Shown: positions 32,928 to 43,207 of the stretch, piece after piece
Layout of the letters: each line of letters starts with the position of its first letter
How positions within the stretch are numbered: position 1 is the stretch's first letter
From: Terriglobia bacterium
Lineage (GTDB): Bacteria; Acidobacteriota; Terriglobia; 20CM-2-55-15
Assembly: GCA_965198225.1 (NCBI GenBank)
Contig: CBDAOY010000009.1
Span: 352,001-416,000, forward strand
DNA length: 64,000 nucleotides
Direction: 5' to 3'
The notes under the pieces: model-generated
What the model saw: the letters and a program-made list of their open reading frames with translations, nothing else
Databases searched by the model: none
What the model was told of the DNA's origin: nothing
Translations under genes and position numbers: made by a program

Positions 32928-35900
32928 TTGCAGCGTTTCCTGACAGATCGCTTCGAAGTTCGCCGAATCCTCCGCCGCTCGAAGCACGTGACGTCGTTTG
33001 TGGGACACGACCGTTGGTGGGGACGGGACGATGTCTTTGTGAAGTGCATCCGAAGTCGAGCGTGCTGGATCGACCCGGCTTTCCCGGAATCACTGGCTCG
33101 CTACCGCGGCCTGGTTCACCCGCTGATCGGGAACATCTACGACGCCGGGTTTTCCCCAAGGAAAGACTTCTACTACGTACGACACCACGCGGCTCAAGCG
33201 GAGAGTCCCGCGAGTCCCGCACAACTCCTGCGAGTAGCTCCCCAGATAGTCGCCGCCTGCGCCTTGCTTCATTCAAGAGGTCTGGTCCACGGTCGGATCA
33301 AGCCAAACAACATCATCGTCCACGATAGCACCTGTCACGTTGTCGACGGTGGACTCCCACCTCTGCACGAATGGAATCTCGATGTGGACGACGTCCACTA
33401 CCGCGCACCGGAGCTTCTGGAAGGGGGTGAACCAACTATCGAGACCGATCTCTACTCACTCGGTGCGGTACTGTACAGGGCTTATTCAGGTCGCACTCTA
33501 TTTGAAGATCCCAGCATCGAACTTCTCAGAAACAAGTACGCCAACGCGAAACCTGAGCCTCTGAACAATGTCTGCGATGCGCCGAAAGCCGTCAGCGATC
33601 TCGTCCTGGGCCTGGTCGGCCGGAACTCGAAGGCAAGAAAAGAGGTGTTCACGGATGTCCTGAAGCTCTTCCCTGCTAGCTCAAGCCGCGTGATGCACGC
33701 GCCGTTTGTGGGTCGAGAAAGAGAGTTGCAGGAAGCGATAGAGCTTCTAGGTTCGAGTGGTCGCGACATACGGCTGCTGGTTGTCGAGGGAGAGGCTGGT
33801 GCCGGAAAGACAAGGCTGGTCGAAGAGCTCGGGTTTCGTCGCGCCCTCGCTTCCAGCGACTTCTCAGTCGGCCGGAGCTTTGAGAGGGAAAACCGTCAGT
33901 TCGAGCCGCTTCTTCAGGTGTTCTCCCAGAAGTTGGACCGGCGCGATGTGCTTTTCAAACGCTGGGAGGCGGCCGAGTTTCCACGCTTTCGTCACTCTCT
34001 GGATCACCTTCTGTCAGAAACGCTGGATGAGGGGCTGCCGCACGGGCTGTCTGCCGGCAAACTCGTGACAGACCTCGTGGGAGTGACGATTTCTCTAACC
34101 AATCAGGCACGGCGCAGCACTGTTGTTCTCGAAGACGCGCACTGGGCCGACGAAGGCACGCTCAAAGTACTCGAACAAATCCTTCTTCGCGGGGAGGAGG
34201 CGAACCTCTGCTTTCTCCTGACCGCCCGGTCGGGTGAGATTCAGGGACCGCTGCGCCGGTTGCTGAGCGGTCCGGCACCTTCCGGAATCACAATCCATCG
34301 AATCTCGCTCGAACCGCTGACTGCGACCGCGGCTCTCAGCCTTGCTGAGAGTCTTTGCGGCAATGCGGGGCACGCCGCACGGATCGTGGAAAAGGCCTGC
34401 GGAAACCCACTGTTCCTGGAAGAGTACTCCCGACACCGAAACATCCGAGGCAAGAGTCAGCCATCCAGCGTAAAGGATGTGCTCGTCGACAAGGCGACGA
34501 GTCTGACCAAAGGGCTCAGAGGTGCTATCGAGGCACTTTCGCTCTTTCCGAAACCCATGTCCTTCGACGAAGCAAAGGGCGCGATCGCGTCTCTGGTACC
34601 TCGGCCCGATGGGCAACTGGAAGAGCTGCTCGAAGCAGGCATTGTCGTGTCGGACGGTTCAAACATCCGGTTTCGTCACGACGGGATTCGGGAAGCGGTG
34701 TACAAGAGACTAGCGCTCAAGCGCCGCCGACAATTTCACCAAACCGTATGCGACCGGCTCCTTCAAGAGCCATCCGACGACGAGGCCATTGGATATCACG
34801 CCGAACGGGCCGGCTTACCCAAGAAGGCCGCCCGGGCCTACATCGCTGCCGCGGACCGCAATCGTGAGCATCACAATTACCAGACTGCAGCCGAGCTCTT
34901 TTCCTTCGCGCGCAGGTGTTTTGTCCGCTCTAGGCAGAAGGTGCCTCATTCGTTGGACCTGTCGTACAGCCGCTGCTTGATGTCGATCGGAAGAAAGTAC
35001 CACGCGCGGAAGCTTCTCCATCGAATCGTAGCGACTAGCACCGATCACGGCGTTCGGGCCCTGGCATACGGCTATCTCGCCGGCTCTTCGCCGGACGATC
35101 CCGAATCGTGTCTGGCATTCTTTCGCTCACAGCTAGCGGAACTCCCGAAGGGATCGGACAAACTCTCCTCGGTACACTTGGGCCTGTCTCAGGCTCACGC
35201 TGTCGCCGGGCACGCCCGGGAAGCCACGAAGTGCCTTTCGAGCGCCGAACGACTATTCGCAGGGAATTCCGATGCGACGAGGCTTCGGTCATTTCTTGCC
35301 ATAAAGGGGGTCGTTCTCATTGCGCTTTGCGAGTACCGGCAAGCGTTATCCGTATTGCCCAGCCAGGCTGTCGGAGACCATCAACCTCGCGTTCTAAACA
35401 ATAGAGCCGTATGCATGGAGCATCTCGGCCAGTTGGATGCAGCCTGTGCGTACCAACGCGAAGCACTCGACCTGTCTCGCCGCCAAGGCATGCTGGAAGG
35501 GGAACTGCTGTCACTTGCTAACATCGGCGCTTTCGAAACCAAGAGGGGCAACTTCGAACTAGCTGCGAGCAGTTTCCGGGAGGCTGAAAGTTTCTGTGCT
35601 TCCATGAACCTTTATCGAGACGGGGATCGGAAAAATCTGCCGCTCCCCGCTGCCGATCAGGCAGCCCTCCGCATGGAAATGGGACAATACGCCGAGGCGC
35701 GGAAGCTGTTCGTGTCGGCTTTCAGATGGCTCAAACGGGACCGCTCGAGCCAGAGCGCGATCTGGGCCGCCCTGAAACGGAGCGAGTTCTACACGCGAAC
35801 TGGTGAGATGCAGCTTGCGGCACCGGTCATCGATTCCGTTAGCGCCAGCGAGCTCTTTGACACCGACTTCCTGAAGGTGGAGCGGGCCCTGATCGAGGCC

Positions 35901-37973
35901 ATTTTACTCAGGCTCCCTGAAATAGACCGGCTTCGGCTTCTCGACGCCGCCCTGCCACTCACCGCGTCTCTCGGTACGCTCTACCAGCGCTGTCGCGTCC
36001 TGATCGAGTCGGCGGCGCTTCTAATCGACGCGGCGCGTGACGAAGAGGCCCGGACGCGCGTCGCGGAGGCTCTGAAGCTGGCTCGGCGACACGGATACAG
36101 ACCGCTCGAAGCAAGTGCTTTGCTAATCAAGGGTTCAGTAACACGGAAGAAGCGCGCCCGGCATGAATACCTGCTACAGGCTTACCGGATCGCGTCCGAT
36201 ACCCCGCTGCCGGAAATCGCAGCCGAAAGCGCGCTTCGGATCGGAGAGCATCAGCTTGAATTGAATAATCTTTTCAACGCGCGTGAATACCTGTCGCGAA
36301 GCGTCTCTTTGACCAAGTCGCTGGCGGGCGGATTGCCGGCTCGGGCTCGAAATCGTTACCTTCTCGTTCCATGGAGGCAGCAAGCGATGAAACTACTGGC
36401 CAGCGTCGAGAATCAGCTACCTGCTCCCGGACGTCCAACCCCGATAAAGGACCCTCAGGATCGCCCGCTCTTCAAAGTGGCTTACGAAACAACGATGTCT
36501 CTCGGCGCTGCCAAGGGGGTCGAAGAGTACGTTCGTGCCTTGAACGGCGGGATCAAACGGGCGCTCAAGTGCAACGTCGCGTTCATGCTAACCGCCCGAG
36601 ACAAGATCGAGTTTCACGCTCTGGAAGCCCCGCCTGACGACGGCCTATCCAGAACGCTTTCCAAACTGTACGACAAGGTTCAGGACGGTCCTTTCTTCGG
36701 TCGAAGGGAAAATGTTCAAGAACGGGGTTCCGACAGAAGCGGCACAATGGCGTGGATTCCGCTGACAGCAGCCGGCTCCCGACTCGGAGGTCTGTATGTC
36801 AACATCGGAAAGAGGAGATTCAGCGAAGCAGAAATGGAGTTTCTTACGATGATCGGAATCATCGCGGCGAATGCGCTTGCCTCAATTCTGGCGTCTGACC
36901 ACCTGCCTCGCCAAAAGCGTCGCAAAAGATTCCATTACAAAGATATTGTTGGGGTTTCACGGGAAATCGAAGAAGTATGCGCCCAGATCGAGATTGCCGC
37001 CGGCAATCCTGCCACCGTGCTCATCGAAGGTGAGAGCGGAACGGGCAAGGAACTGGTAGCCCGGGCTATCCATGACCACAGCGCGCGGCGCGCGGGGCCG
37101 ATGGTGACTGTCGATTGTGGTTCGATCCCGGAAACGCTGATCGAGAGTGAGATGTTTGGAAGTCGACGGGGATCATTCACCGGAGCCACGGCGGACCGTC
37201 GGGGCCTGATTGAATCTGCCCACAGGGGAACGCTGTTCCTCGACGAAATCGCGAATACCAGCCCCGCCCTGCAGGCCAAACTTCTTCGAGTGCTGCAGGA
37301 GAAGGAGGTACGACGGCTCGGAGAAACCAAGGGCCGGGCCGTCGACATCCGTCTTTTGGCCGCGACCAACGCAAACCTCGAAAGGCTGGCTGAACAAGGT
37401 CAATTCCGCCAGGACTTGTATTTTCGGTTGAAAGTCCTGTACATCCAGATCCCTCCCCTCCGCGAGCGAAGGAAAGACATTCCTGAAATCGCACGCGCTT
37501 TTCTCCGGCAGCTAACCCAGGCCAACGCTACGAACAAGCGCTTCGGTCGCGGGATTCTGGACCGCATTGCGGCCGGACACTACCCTGGTAATGTTCGGGA
37601 ACTGCAGAACCTCGTGGAGCGCGCCTACTTCTCGGCAACCGCCGGCGACACGATCAAGAAGGTATCCATCGAAGTTGTTCCGGCTCGGCGCAAGGACTCA
37701 AATGAAGTCCAAGCCTGGTTCAAGGACCTGACGGAAGGACGCAAGGACTTCTGGGTCGACATCCACGCCCGCTACAAGCAACGCGACATTTCTCGCGAAC
37801 AGGTCATTGCGTTGATGGGCCTCGGCTTGAAGGAGACGCGCGGATCTTATAAGTCTGTGGGTGAACTGTTCCATGTCCAGGAGAGTGACTATCGACGCTT
37901 CATGGATTTCCTCCGCCGCAACAAGTGTCAGCCCGATTTCAGACCGTATCGAAGGTTAGAAGGCCCACGCTAG
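32928..37973 (+). CDS. Multidomain sigma54 activator: pseudokinase + STAND-type P-loop + TPR + GAF-like + AAA+ + atypical HTH
   Basis: HGRIKPNN/DGG/YRAPE/DLYSLG kinase remnants; FVGRERE, GEAGAGKT, LEDAHWAD, GNPLFLEE; GESGTGKE, GSFTGA, YPGNVRELQN; C-terminal TRGSYKSVGELF..DYRRFMDFL. TTG start is uncertain. Confidence 0.9.
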   Translation: MQRFLTDRFEVRRILRRSKHVTSFVGHDRWWGRDDVFVKCIRSRACWIDPAFPESLARYRGLVHPLIGNIYDAGFSPRKDFYYVRHHAAQAESPASPAQLLRVAPQIVAACALLHSRGLVHGRIKPNNIIVHDSTCHVVDGGLPPLHEWNLDVDDVHYRAPELLEGGEPTIETDLYSLGAVLYRAYSGRTLFEDPSIELLRNKYANAKPEPLNNVCDAPKAVSDLVLGLVGRNSKARKEVFTDVLKLFPASSSRVMHAPFVGRERELQEAIELLGSSGRDIRLLVVEGEAGAGKTRLVEELGFRRALASSDFSVGRSFERENRQFEPLLQVFSQKLDRRDVLFKRWEAAEFPRFRHSLDHLLSETLDEGLPHGLSAGKLVTDLVGVTISLTNQARRSTVVLEDAHWADEGTLKVLEQILLRGEEANLCFLLTARSGEIQGPLRRLLSGPAPSGITIHRISLEPLTATAALSLAESLCGNAGHAARIVEKACGNPLFLEEYSRHRNIRGKSQPSSVKDVLVDKATSLTKGLRGAIEALSLFPKPMSFDEAKGAIASLVPRPDGQLEELLEAGIVVSDGSNIRFRHDGIREAVYKRLALKRRRQFHQTVCDRLLQEPSDDEAIGYHAERAGLPKKAARAYIAAADRNREHHNYQTAAELFSFARRCFVRSRQKVPHSLDLSYSRCLMSIGRKYHARKLLHRIVATSTDHGVRALAYGYLAGSSPDDPESCLAFFRSQLAELPKGSDKLSSVHLGLSQAHAVAGHAREATKCLSSAERLFAGNSDATRLRSFLAIKGVVLIALCEYRQALSVLPSQAVGDHQPRVLNNRAVCMEHLGQLDAACAYQREALDLSRRQGMLEGELLSLANIGAFETKRGNFELAASSFREAESFCASMNLYRDGDRKNLPLPAADQAALRMEMGQYAEARKLFVSAFRWLKRDRSSQSAIWAALKRSEFYTRTGEMQLAAPVIDSVSASELFDTDFLKVERALIEAILLRLPEIDRLRLLDAALPLTASLGTLYQRCRVLIESAALLIDAARDEEARTRVAEALKLARRHGYRPLEASALLIKGSVTRKKRARHEYLLQAYRIASDTPLPEIAAESALRIGEHQLELNNLFNAREYLSRSVSLTKSLAGGLPARARNRYLLVPWRQQAMKLLASVENQLPAPGRPTPIKDPQDRPLFKVAYETTMSLGAAKGVEEYVRALNGGIKRALKCNVAFMLTARDKIEFHALEAPPDDGLSRTLSKLYDKVQDGPFFGRRENVQERGSDRSGTMAWIPLTAAGSRLGGLYVNIGKRRFSEAEMEFLTMIGIIAANALASILASDHLPRQKRRKRFHYKDIVGVSREIEEVCAQIEIAAGNPATVLIEGESGTGKELVARAIHDHSARRAGPMVTVDCGSIPETLIESEMFGSRRGSFTGATADRRGLIESAHRGTLFLDEIANTSPALQAKLLRVLQEKEVRRLGETKGRAVDIRLLAATNANLERLAEQGQFRQDLYFRLKVLYIQIPPLRERRKDIPEIARAFLRQLTQANATNKRFGRGILDRIAAGHYPGNVRELQNLVERAYFSATAGDTIKKVSIEVVPARRKDSNEVQAWFKDLTEGRKDFWVDIHARYKQRDISREQVIALMGLGLKETRGSYKSVGELFHVQESDYRRFMDFLRRNKCQPDFRPYRRLEGPR

Positions 37974-38246
37974 TGTCCTGAGTTAGAAGTTCGTTCACTA
38001 TCTCCGACGGATGTTGCCACTCGCGGGGTGGACGTTGAACCGATCGACAACGGGTGTATGCACGCGGCCGGCTCGGCCCTCACAACCGGCAACTTCCATC
38101 GGCCCTGCGGGTTCGGGCGGAACGGCGCTGTCTTTGGAGTCGCTCCTCCTCGCAATGAATGAGCATTGGCTCGTCGTCGCTCCCCCCAAATCCAGCGTCG
38201 TTGCGCTCCGAAATATAGCAAACGTACTTCTAACTCAGGACACTAG
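37970..38246. mobile_element. MITE with IS630-like ends, bounded by CTAG
   Basis: CTAG-tgtcctgagttagaagttcgtt ... aacgtacttctaactcaggaca-CTAG (one mismatch); the end translates RTSNSGH*, like IS630 transposase C-termini. Confidence 0.85.
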
Positions 38247-38329
38247 GTGCCGAGCAGGCCTGTTTGAGTCGCCGATGATGAATGTAGGGCCGCACGAGAT
38301 AGATCCAACCCCCGTGCTACCATTCGGCC

Positions 38330-38998
38330 ATGGAACCGGTGGTAAAGGTCTCCGGCGTCCGAAAGGTTTACGAGGGGGAAGGCGAACCGGTTGTTGCGTT
38401 GAACGACGTCTCGCTCGAGGTCGACTCCGGCGAATTCGTTGCCCTGATGGGCCCCAGCGGCTGCGGCAAATCGACCCTCCTGCACATCATCGGCGCGATG
38501 GATCGTCCGTCGGCGGGCAAGGCCTGGATCCAAGGCGCGCCCATACACAACCTACCCGAAGAAGAGCTGACCGGAATCCGTCGCACACGAGTGGGCTTCG
38601 TGTTTCAGTTCTTCTACCTTCTGCCCACGCTCACGCTTGAAGAAAACGTCGCCTTGCCCCTGTTGCTCGCGAACGGGCGGCATGTGGATTCGGACCGGGT
38701 TCAGGCCCTGATTGAAACCGTCGGCCTGACCGACCGGCGTTCAGCAACCCCGAACCAGCTCTCGGGTGGGGAAATGCAACGGGCTGCGCTGGCAAGAGCA
38801 GTCGTCCACCGGCCGCCGCTCGTCGTGGCGGACGAACCGACCGGCAATCTGGATTCCGATAACGGTCGCGTGATCCTCGAGCTGCTCCGGAAGTTGTCGA
38901 GAGAGGGCACGACCGTCGTCATGGCCACCCACAGCGATGCGGCTGCCGCGTACGCGGCGCGTGTGTTACGCCTGAGGGATGGGAAACTGGTCGAATGA
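38330..38998 (+). CDS. ABC transporter ATP-binding protein (LolD/MacB-like, AttE-like)
   Basis: [26 protein letters not shown]. Confidence 0.95.
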   Translation: MEPVVKVSGVRKVYEGEGEPVVALNDVSLEVDSGEFVALMGPSGCGKSTLLHIIGAMDRPSAGKAWIQGAPIHNLPEEELTGIRRTRVGFVFQFFYLLPTLTLEENVALPLLLANGRHVDSDRVQALIETVGLTDRRSATPNQLSGGEMQRAALARAVVHRPPLVVADEPTGNLDSDNGRVILELLRKLSREGTTVVMATHSDAAAAYAARVLRLRDGKLVE

Positions 38999-41598
38999 CG
39001 CGCTTTGCCCGGCTCTTCCACCGCTACATCCTCCGCGATCTCGCGCGCAATCCCATCCGGACGCTCCTCACCCTGACCGGGGTGGCGCTGGGCATTGCGG
39101 TCGTCGTCGGGGTGCACGTGGCCAACGACCGGGCGATCTCCTCGTTCAACGACTCGCTGCGGATCCTGAGCGGCCAGGCCGACCTTCAGATTTCTGCCAA
39201 CGGGCTGCAACTGGACGAGGAGCTGATCGGCGAGCTCTCCTGGGTCTGGGACGTGGGCGCGATGACGGCGATCGTCGAAGGCCGGGTCGACCTGGACGCC
39301 TCGCCCAACCCGATCGAGCGGCAATCACTCCGGATCTTCGGTATCGATCTGCTATCCGACGCTCCGTTCCGAACCTACACACTCACCGAAGGCGACGACC
39401 TCGGCCTGGACATCACCCGTGAGCAGTTCATCGACTTGCTGGTTGAACCCGACACCATCATCATCCCCTCACTCCTGGCCGAAGAGTTCGCCCTCGGCGT
39501 CGGCGACACGATTCAATTCCTTGTTTCGAACCGCTGGCGGGACTTTCGGGTCGGCGCCATCCTGCAGGACGAAGGCGTGGCCGAAGCCTTCGGCGGGCGG
39601 ATCGTTTTCATGGACATCGCCGGAGCGCAGACGGCTCTGAACAAGATCGGTTGGATCGACCGGATCGAAGTCCTCCTGGACGACCCGGCGCTGGCGGATG
39701 CGGTCGAAGAGCGGATCCGAGTCCAACTCCCTGCATCGGTCATCGTCTACCGGCCCGAAGAGGCCGCCGCCTACAACGAAAAGATGGTCCGCGCCTTCCG
39801 CTACAACCTGACCGCGCTCTCCTACATCGCCCTCGTCGTCGGCATGATCCTCGTCTACAACACGCTGAACATCGCCGTCGTTCGGAGGCGGGCCGAAATC
39901 GGCGCGCTCCGCACGTTAGGAACTTCGCGGACGACCATCAAATGGATGTTCCTGATCGAAGCGACCGCCTTCGGTGTGATCGGCGCCGCGCTCGGGGTCT
40001 GGGGGGGGGAGTTCCTCGCCGCTGCAGCCGGTGCTCTGGTGTCGCAGACCATCTCCGGGCTTTACACCGGCGTCGCCGTCATCCCGTCACTGACACGCTC
40101 CGACCCTATCTTCTACATCGAGATGCTGTTGCTCGGCGGTGTCCTGGCGGCAATCTCGGGAACGGGGCCCGCGCTGCGGGCCACCCAGGTCTCGCCGGTG
40201 GGCGCACTGCGCGAGAACGTCCTCGGCACTATTCGCGCAACGCGGCTGCGGGTTCAGGTCTTCGGCGGAATCGGTGCGCTGATCCTCGGTACCGTTCTCG
40301 CACTCGGTCCGCCGATCGAAGGTTTCCCGTTTCTCGGGTACGCATCGGGCGTGTCGTTCATCGCCGGCTTCGGACTGCTCTCACCCCTGCTCGCACGGAT
40401 GCTTCTAAAACTGATCCGGCGCCCGTTAACGACGGCGCTTCCGGCCGAAGGTCGCCTGGCCGTCCAGACGATCGAAGGTAGTCTCGGCCGGGTCGTCGTC
40501 GCGGTGATGTCGCTTGCGATCGCCGTAGCGATGCTGATCAGCGTGGCGATCATGGTCGCGAGCTTCCGCGACACGGTGATCGTCTGGATCGACCAGACCT
40601 TGAAGGGCGACCTCTACCTGCGTCCGGCCGCGTTCGGCAGCAACGGGGGGCGGAACGTCCTGGAGAGCGAGACCCTGCACGTGCTCGAAACCATGCCGGC
40701 GATCGAAGCCATCGACCGGTTCCGCTCGATGACGATCGACTACGGAGGCTTCCCTGCCTTCCTGGCTGCCGGAGAGTTTGGCACCGTCGCTTCTCACAGC
40801 AACCTCCTCTTCATGAACGGCCGCCAGACGGCGGCGGTCGCCAAACGGTTGATCGGGGCCGACCGCGTGGTCGTTTCCGAGCCCTTCGCCGTACGGCACG
40901 GGGTTCGTGCGGGCGATCGGATCATGCTCCCGACCCCGGCAGGGATGGAGCCGTTCGAGGTCGAAGCCCTCTTTTATGACTACTCATCAGAGGGCGGGCT
41001 CGTAGTAATGGATCGTGGCACGTACCTCACGAAATTCGAGGACCCCGACGTCAGCAACGTTGCGCTCTACCTGAAACCCGAGGCTGACCCGATCACGACC
41101 CGAGCCGAGATCGCGGCCGCGCTCCCCGACACTCAGCTTCGGATCGCAACGAACGGCGAGCTGCGGGGGCAGGTGTTGCGCGTCTTCGACCAGACGTTCC
41201 AGATCACCTACGCCCTGGAGGTCATCGCGATGGCCGTAGCGGTGCTGGGAATCGCCAATACGCTAGCCGCGCTCATCATCGAGCGCCGTCCCGAAATCGC
41301 CATGTTGCGATTCATCGGGGCCGCACGGTCACAAATTCGCCGGGTCGTCGTCCTGGAATCGGGCCTGATCGGCGTGCTCGGCGGCGCGATCGGCCTGGTC
41401 CTGGGCATCCTTCTGTCGCTGCTCCTGATCTATGTCATCAACTTCCAGTCGTTCGGCTGGACCATCCAGTTCACAATGCCGCTGGGCTTTCTGGCGCAAG
41501 CGCTTGGGGTGGTGCTGGTCGCCACCGTCGCGGCCGGGCTCTACCCGGCATCACTGGCACTGAAGATGGATCCGATCAAGGGGATCCGGGCGGAGTAG
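38995..41598 (+). CDS. ABC transporter permease (duplicated MacB-PCD/FtsX, AttF/G-like)
   Basis: Two FtsX-like halves (RRAEIGALRTLG, RRPEIAMLRFIG), VINFQSFGWTI; ATGA overlap with the ATPase gene. Confidence 0.92.
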   Translation: MTRFARLFHRYILRDLARNPIRTLLTLTGVALGIAVVVGVHVANDRAISSFNDSLRILSGQADLQISANGLQLDEELIGELSWVWDVGAMTAIVEGRVDLDASPNPIERQSLRIFGIDLLSDAPFRTYTLTEGDDLGLDITREQFIDLLVEPDTIIIPSLLAEEFALGVGDTIQFLVSNRWRDFRVGAILQDEGVAEAFGGRIVFMDIAGAQTALNKIGWIDRIEVLLDDPALADAVEERIRVQLPASVIVYRPEEAAAYNEKMVRAFRYNLTALSYIALVVGMILVYNTLNIAVVRRRAEIGALRTLGTSRTTIKWMFLIEATAFGVIGAALGVWGGEFLAAAAGALVSQTISGLYTGVAVIPSLTRSDPIFYIEMLLLGGVLAAISGTGPALRATQVSPVGALRENVLGTIRATRLRVQVFGGIGALILGTVLALGPPIEGFPFLGYASGVSFIAGFGLLSPLLARMLLKLIRRPLTTALPAEGRLAVQTIEGSLGRVVVAVMSLAIAVAMLISVAIMVASFRDTVIVWIDQTLKGDLYLRPAAFGSNGGRNVLESETLHVLETMPAIEAIDRFRSMTIDYGGFPAFLAAGEFGTVASHSNLLFMNGRQTAAVAKRLIGADRVVVSEPFAVRHGVRAGDRIMLPTPAGMEPFEVEALFYDYSSEGGLVVMDRGTYLTKFEDPDVSNVALYLKPEADPITTRAEIAAALPDTQLRIATNGELRGQVLRVFDQTFQITYALEVIAMAVAVLGIANTLAALIIERRPEIAMLRFIGAARSQIRRVVVLESGLIGVLGGAIGLVLGILLSLLLIYVINFQSFGWTIQFTMPLGFLAQALGVVLVATVAAGLYPASLALKMDPIKGIRAE

Positions 41599-41600
41599 GC

Positions 41601-42710
41601 ATGCATACGCTGGCACACATGGCGGTGCTGTTGGTTTCGGTGGCACTGGTCCAGGCGCCCGAACCGAACCGAATTCGCGAACCTGAGTATCGACTGGCCC
41701 TTCCCGGCTACGAATACGCGTTCCCGCGCGACCACGGATCGCATCCCGACTACAAACTGGAGTGGTGGTACTACACCGGACACCTCGACGGCGACGACGG
41801 CCGACGCTTCGGATACGAGCTGACCTTTTTCCGCATAGGGATGGACCGGCGCGCTGAAAGCGCATCCCGCTGGAACATCGACGACCTGCACGTGGCCCAC
41901 TTTGCATTGAGCGAGATCGACGTCGACCGCTTCCGTTTCTATGAACGATTGAACCGCGCGGGCCCCGGTATTGCCTGGGCCCGGGAAGGAACGCTCGACG
42001 TGGTGAATGCCGGCTGGTCGGTCCGACTCGACGGCGATCGAATGAGACTCCGCGCCTACGCCGACGGCATTCTCCTGGAGCTGGAACTCACGTCTGCCAA
42101 AGATCCGGTCGTCCACGGCATCGAGGGGGTCAGCCAGAAGGCCGACGGCGTCGGGCAGGCGTCGCACTACTACTCGATGACGCGGATGGACACCCGGGGC
42201 CTGCTGTCCTTCGACGGGCAACCGGTCAACGTGGCCGGAGAGAGCTGGATGGACCACGAGTTCGGGACCAACCAGCTCGCGCCCGAACAAATTGGATGGG
42301 ACTGGTTCAGTGTCCAGCTCGACAACGGCGAAGAGCTGATGCTCTACCGGCTACGGCACCGGGATGGTTCGATCAATCGGAACTCGAGCGGAACCGTCGT
42401 TGCGGCCGGCGGCGAGACCCAACATATTGCGCTGGACCAGTTCACCGTGACGGCACTGGGTGAATGGGCGAGTCCGAAGAGCGAAGCGGTTTATGCAATC
42501 GACTGGCGATTGGAGATCCCGGGCTTCGACGCCGACCTTCGCGTCATTCCGTTGATGAGAGATCAGGAGCTGGTCACGACGCGGTCGACCGGCATCGCCT
42601 ACTGGGAGGGCGCCGTCCGTATCGAAGGGACGTGGAAGGGACAGCCGATTACCGGTCGAGGGTACGTCGAGTTGACAGGGTATTCGGAACGGTACCGGCC
42701 CAGCGTCTGA
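41601..42710 (+). CDS. AttH/CrtC-like lipocalin-fold secreted protein
   Basis: FPRDHGSHPDYKLEWWYYTGHL, SWMDHEF, GWDWFS, YWEGAV, GYVELTGY. Confidence 0.92.
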   Translation: MHTLAHMAVLLVSVALVQAPEPNRIREPEYRLALPGYEYAFPRDHGSHPDYKLEWWYYTGHLDGDDGRRFGYELTFFRIGMDRRAESASRWNIDDLHVAHFALSEIDVDRFRFYERLNRAGPGIAWAREGTLDVVNAGWSVRLDGDRMRLRAYADGILLELELTSAKDPVVHGIEGVSQKADGVGQASHYYSMTRMDTRGLLSFDGQPVNVAGESWMDHEFGTNQLAPEQIGWDWFSVQLDNGEELMLYRLRHRDGSINRNSSGTVVAAGGETQHIALDQFTVTALGEWASPKSEAVYAIDWRLEIPGFDADLRVIPLMRDQELVTTRSTGIAYWEGAVRIEGTWKGQPITGRGYVELTGYSERYRPSV

Positions 42711-42755
42711 GGGCCGTTCAACTGACCGGTCGGTACGGTCTCGGACCGTCCAGGA

Positions 42756-43169
42756 ATGGAATCGCACTCGACCCACGATCGATCAATCACCGTCGTGGCA
42801 GCTGTCATCCACCACGACGGCAAGGTCCTGCTGACCCGCCGATTCCAAGACGCACACCTGGGCGGCCTGTGGGAGTTTCCAGGGGGGAAAGTCGAAAAAG
42901 GGGAATCGATGGAGGCGGCGTTGAGCCGTGAGATCCACGAGGAATTGGGCGTGCGGATCAGCGTTGGCTCGTTGATTCTCGACGAGCGGTTCGACTACGG
43001 GGACCGCGCCGTTCACCTGCACTTTTTCGATTGCGGGATCGTCACGGGAGACCCGCACTCGCTCGGCGTGTCGGATCTGGCGTGGGTTTTCCCCTCGGCT
43101 CTGGGCCAGTACGACATGCCGAAAGCCAACGCCCGGTTGATCGCCCGGCTTCAGGAGGGTTCTTCCTGA
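42756..43169 (+). CDS. mutT: MutT/NudG-like Nudix hydrolase
   Basis: HLGGLWEFPGGKVEKGESMEAALSREIHEELG. Confidence 0.88.
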   Translation: MESHSTHDRSITVVAAVIHHDGKVLLTRRFQDAHLGGLWEFPGGKVEKGESMEAALSREIHEELGVRISVGSLILDERFDYGDRAVHLHFFDCGIVTGDPHSLGVSDLAWVFPSALGQYDMPKANARLIARLQEGSS

Positions 43170-43207
43170 ATCGGGGCACTGGTTGGCGCTGCGGCTGCGT
43201 CACCGTC

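Noticed and set aside
41601-42710. Carotenoid 1,2-hydratase function
   Set aside because: The context is an ABC ATPase + permease operon (AttEFGH-like) with no crt genes.
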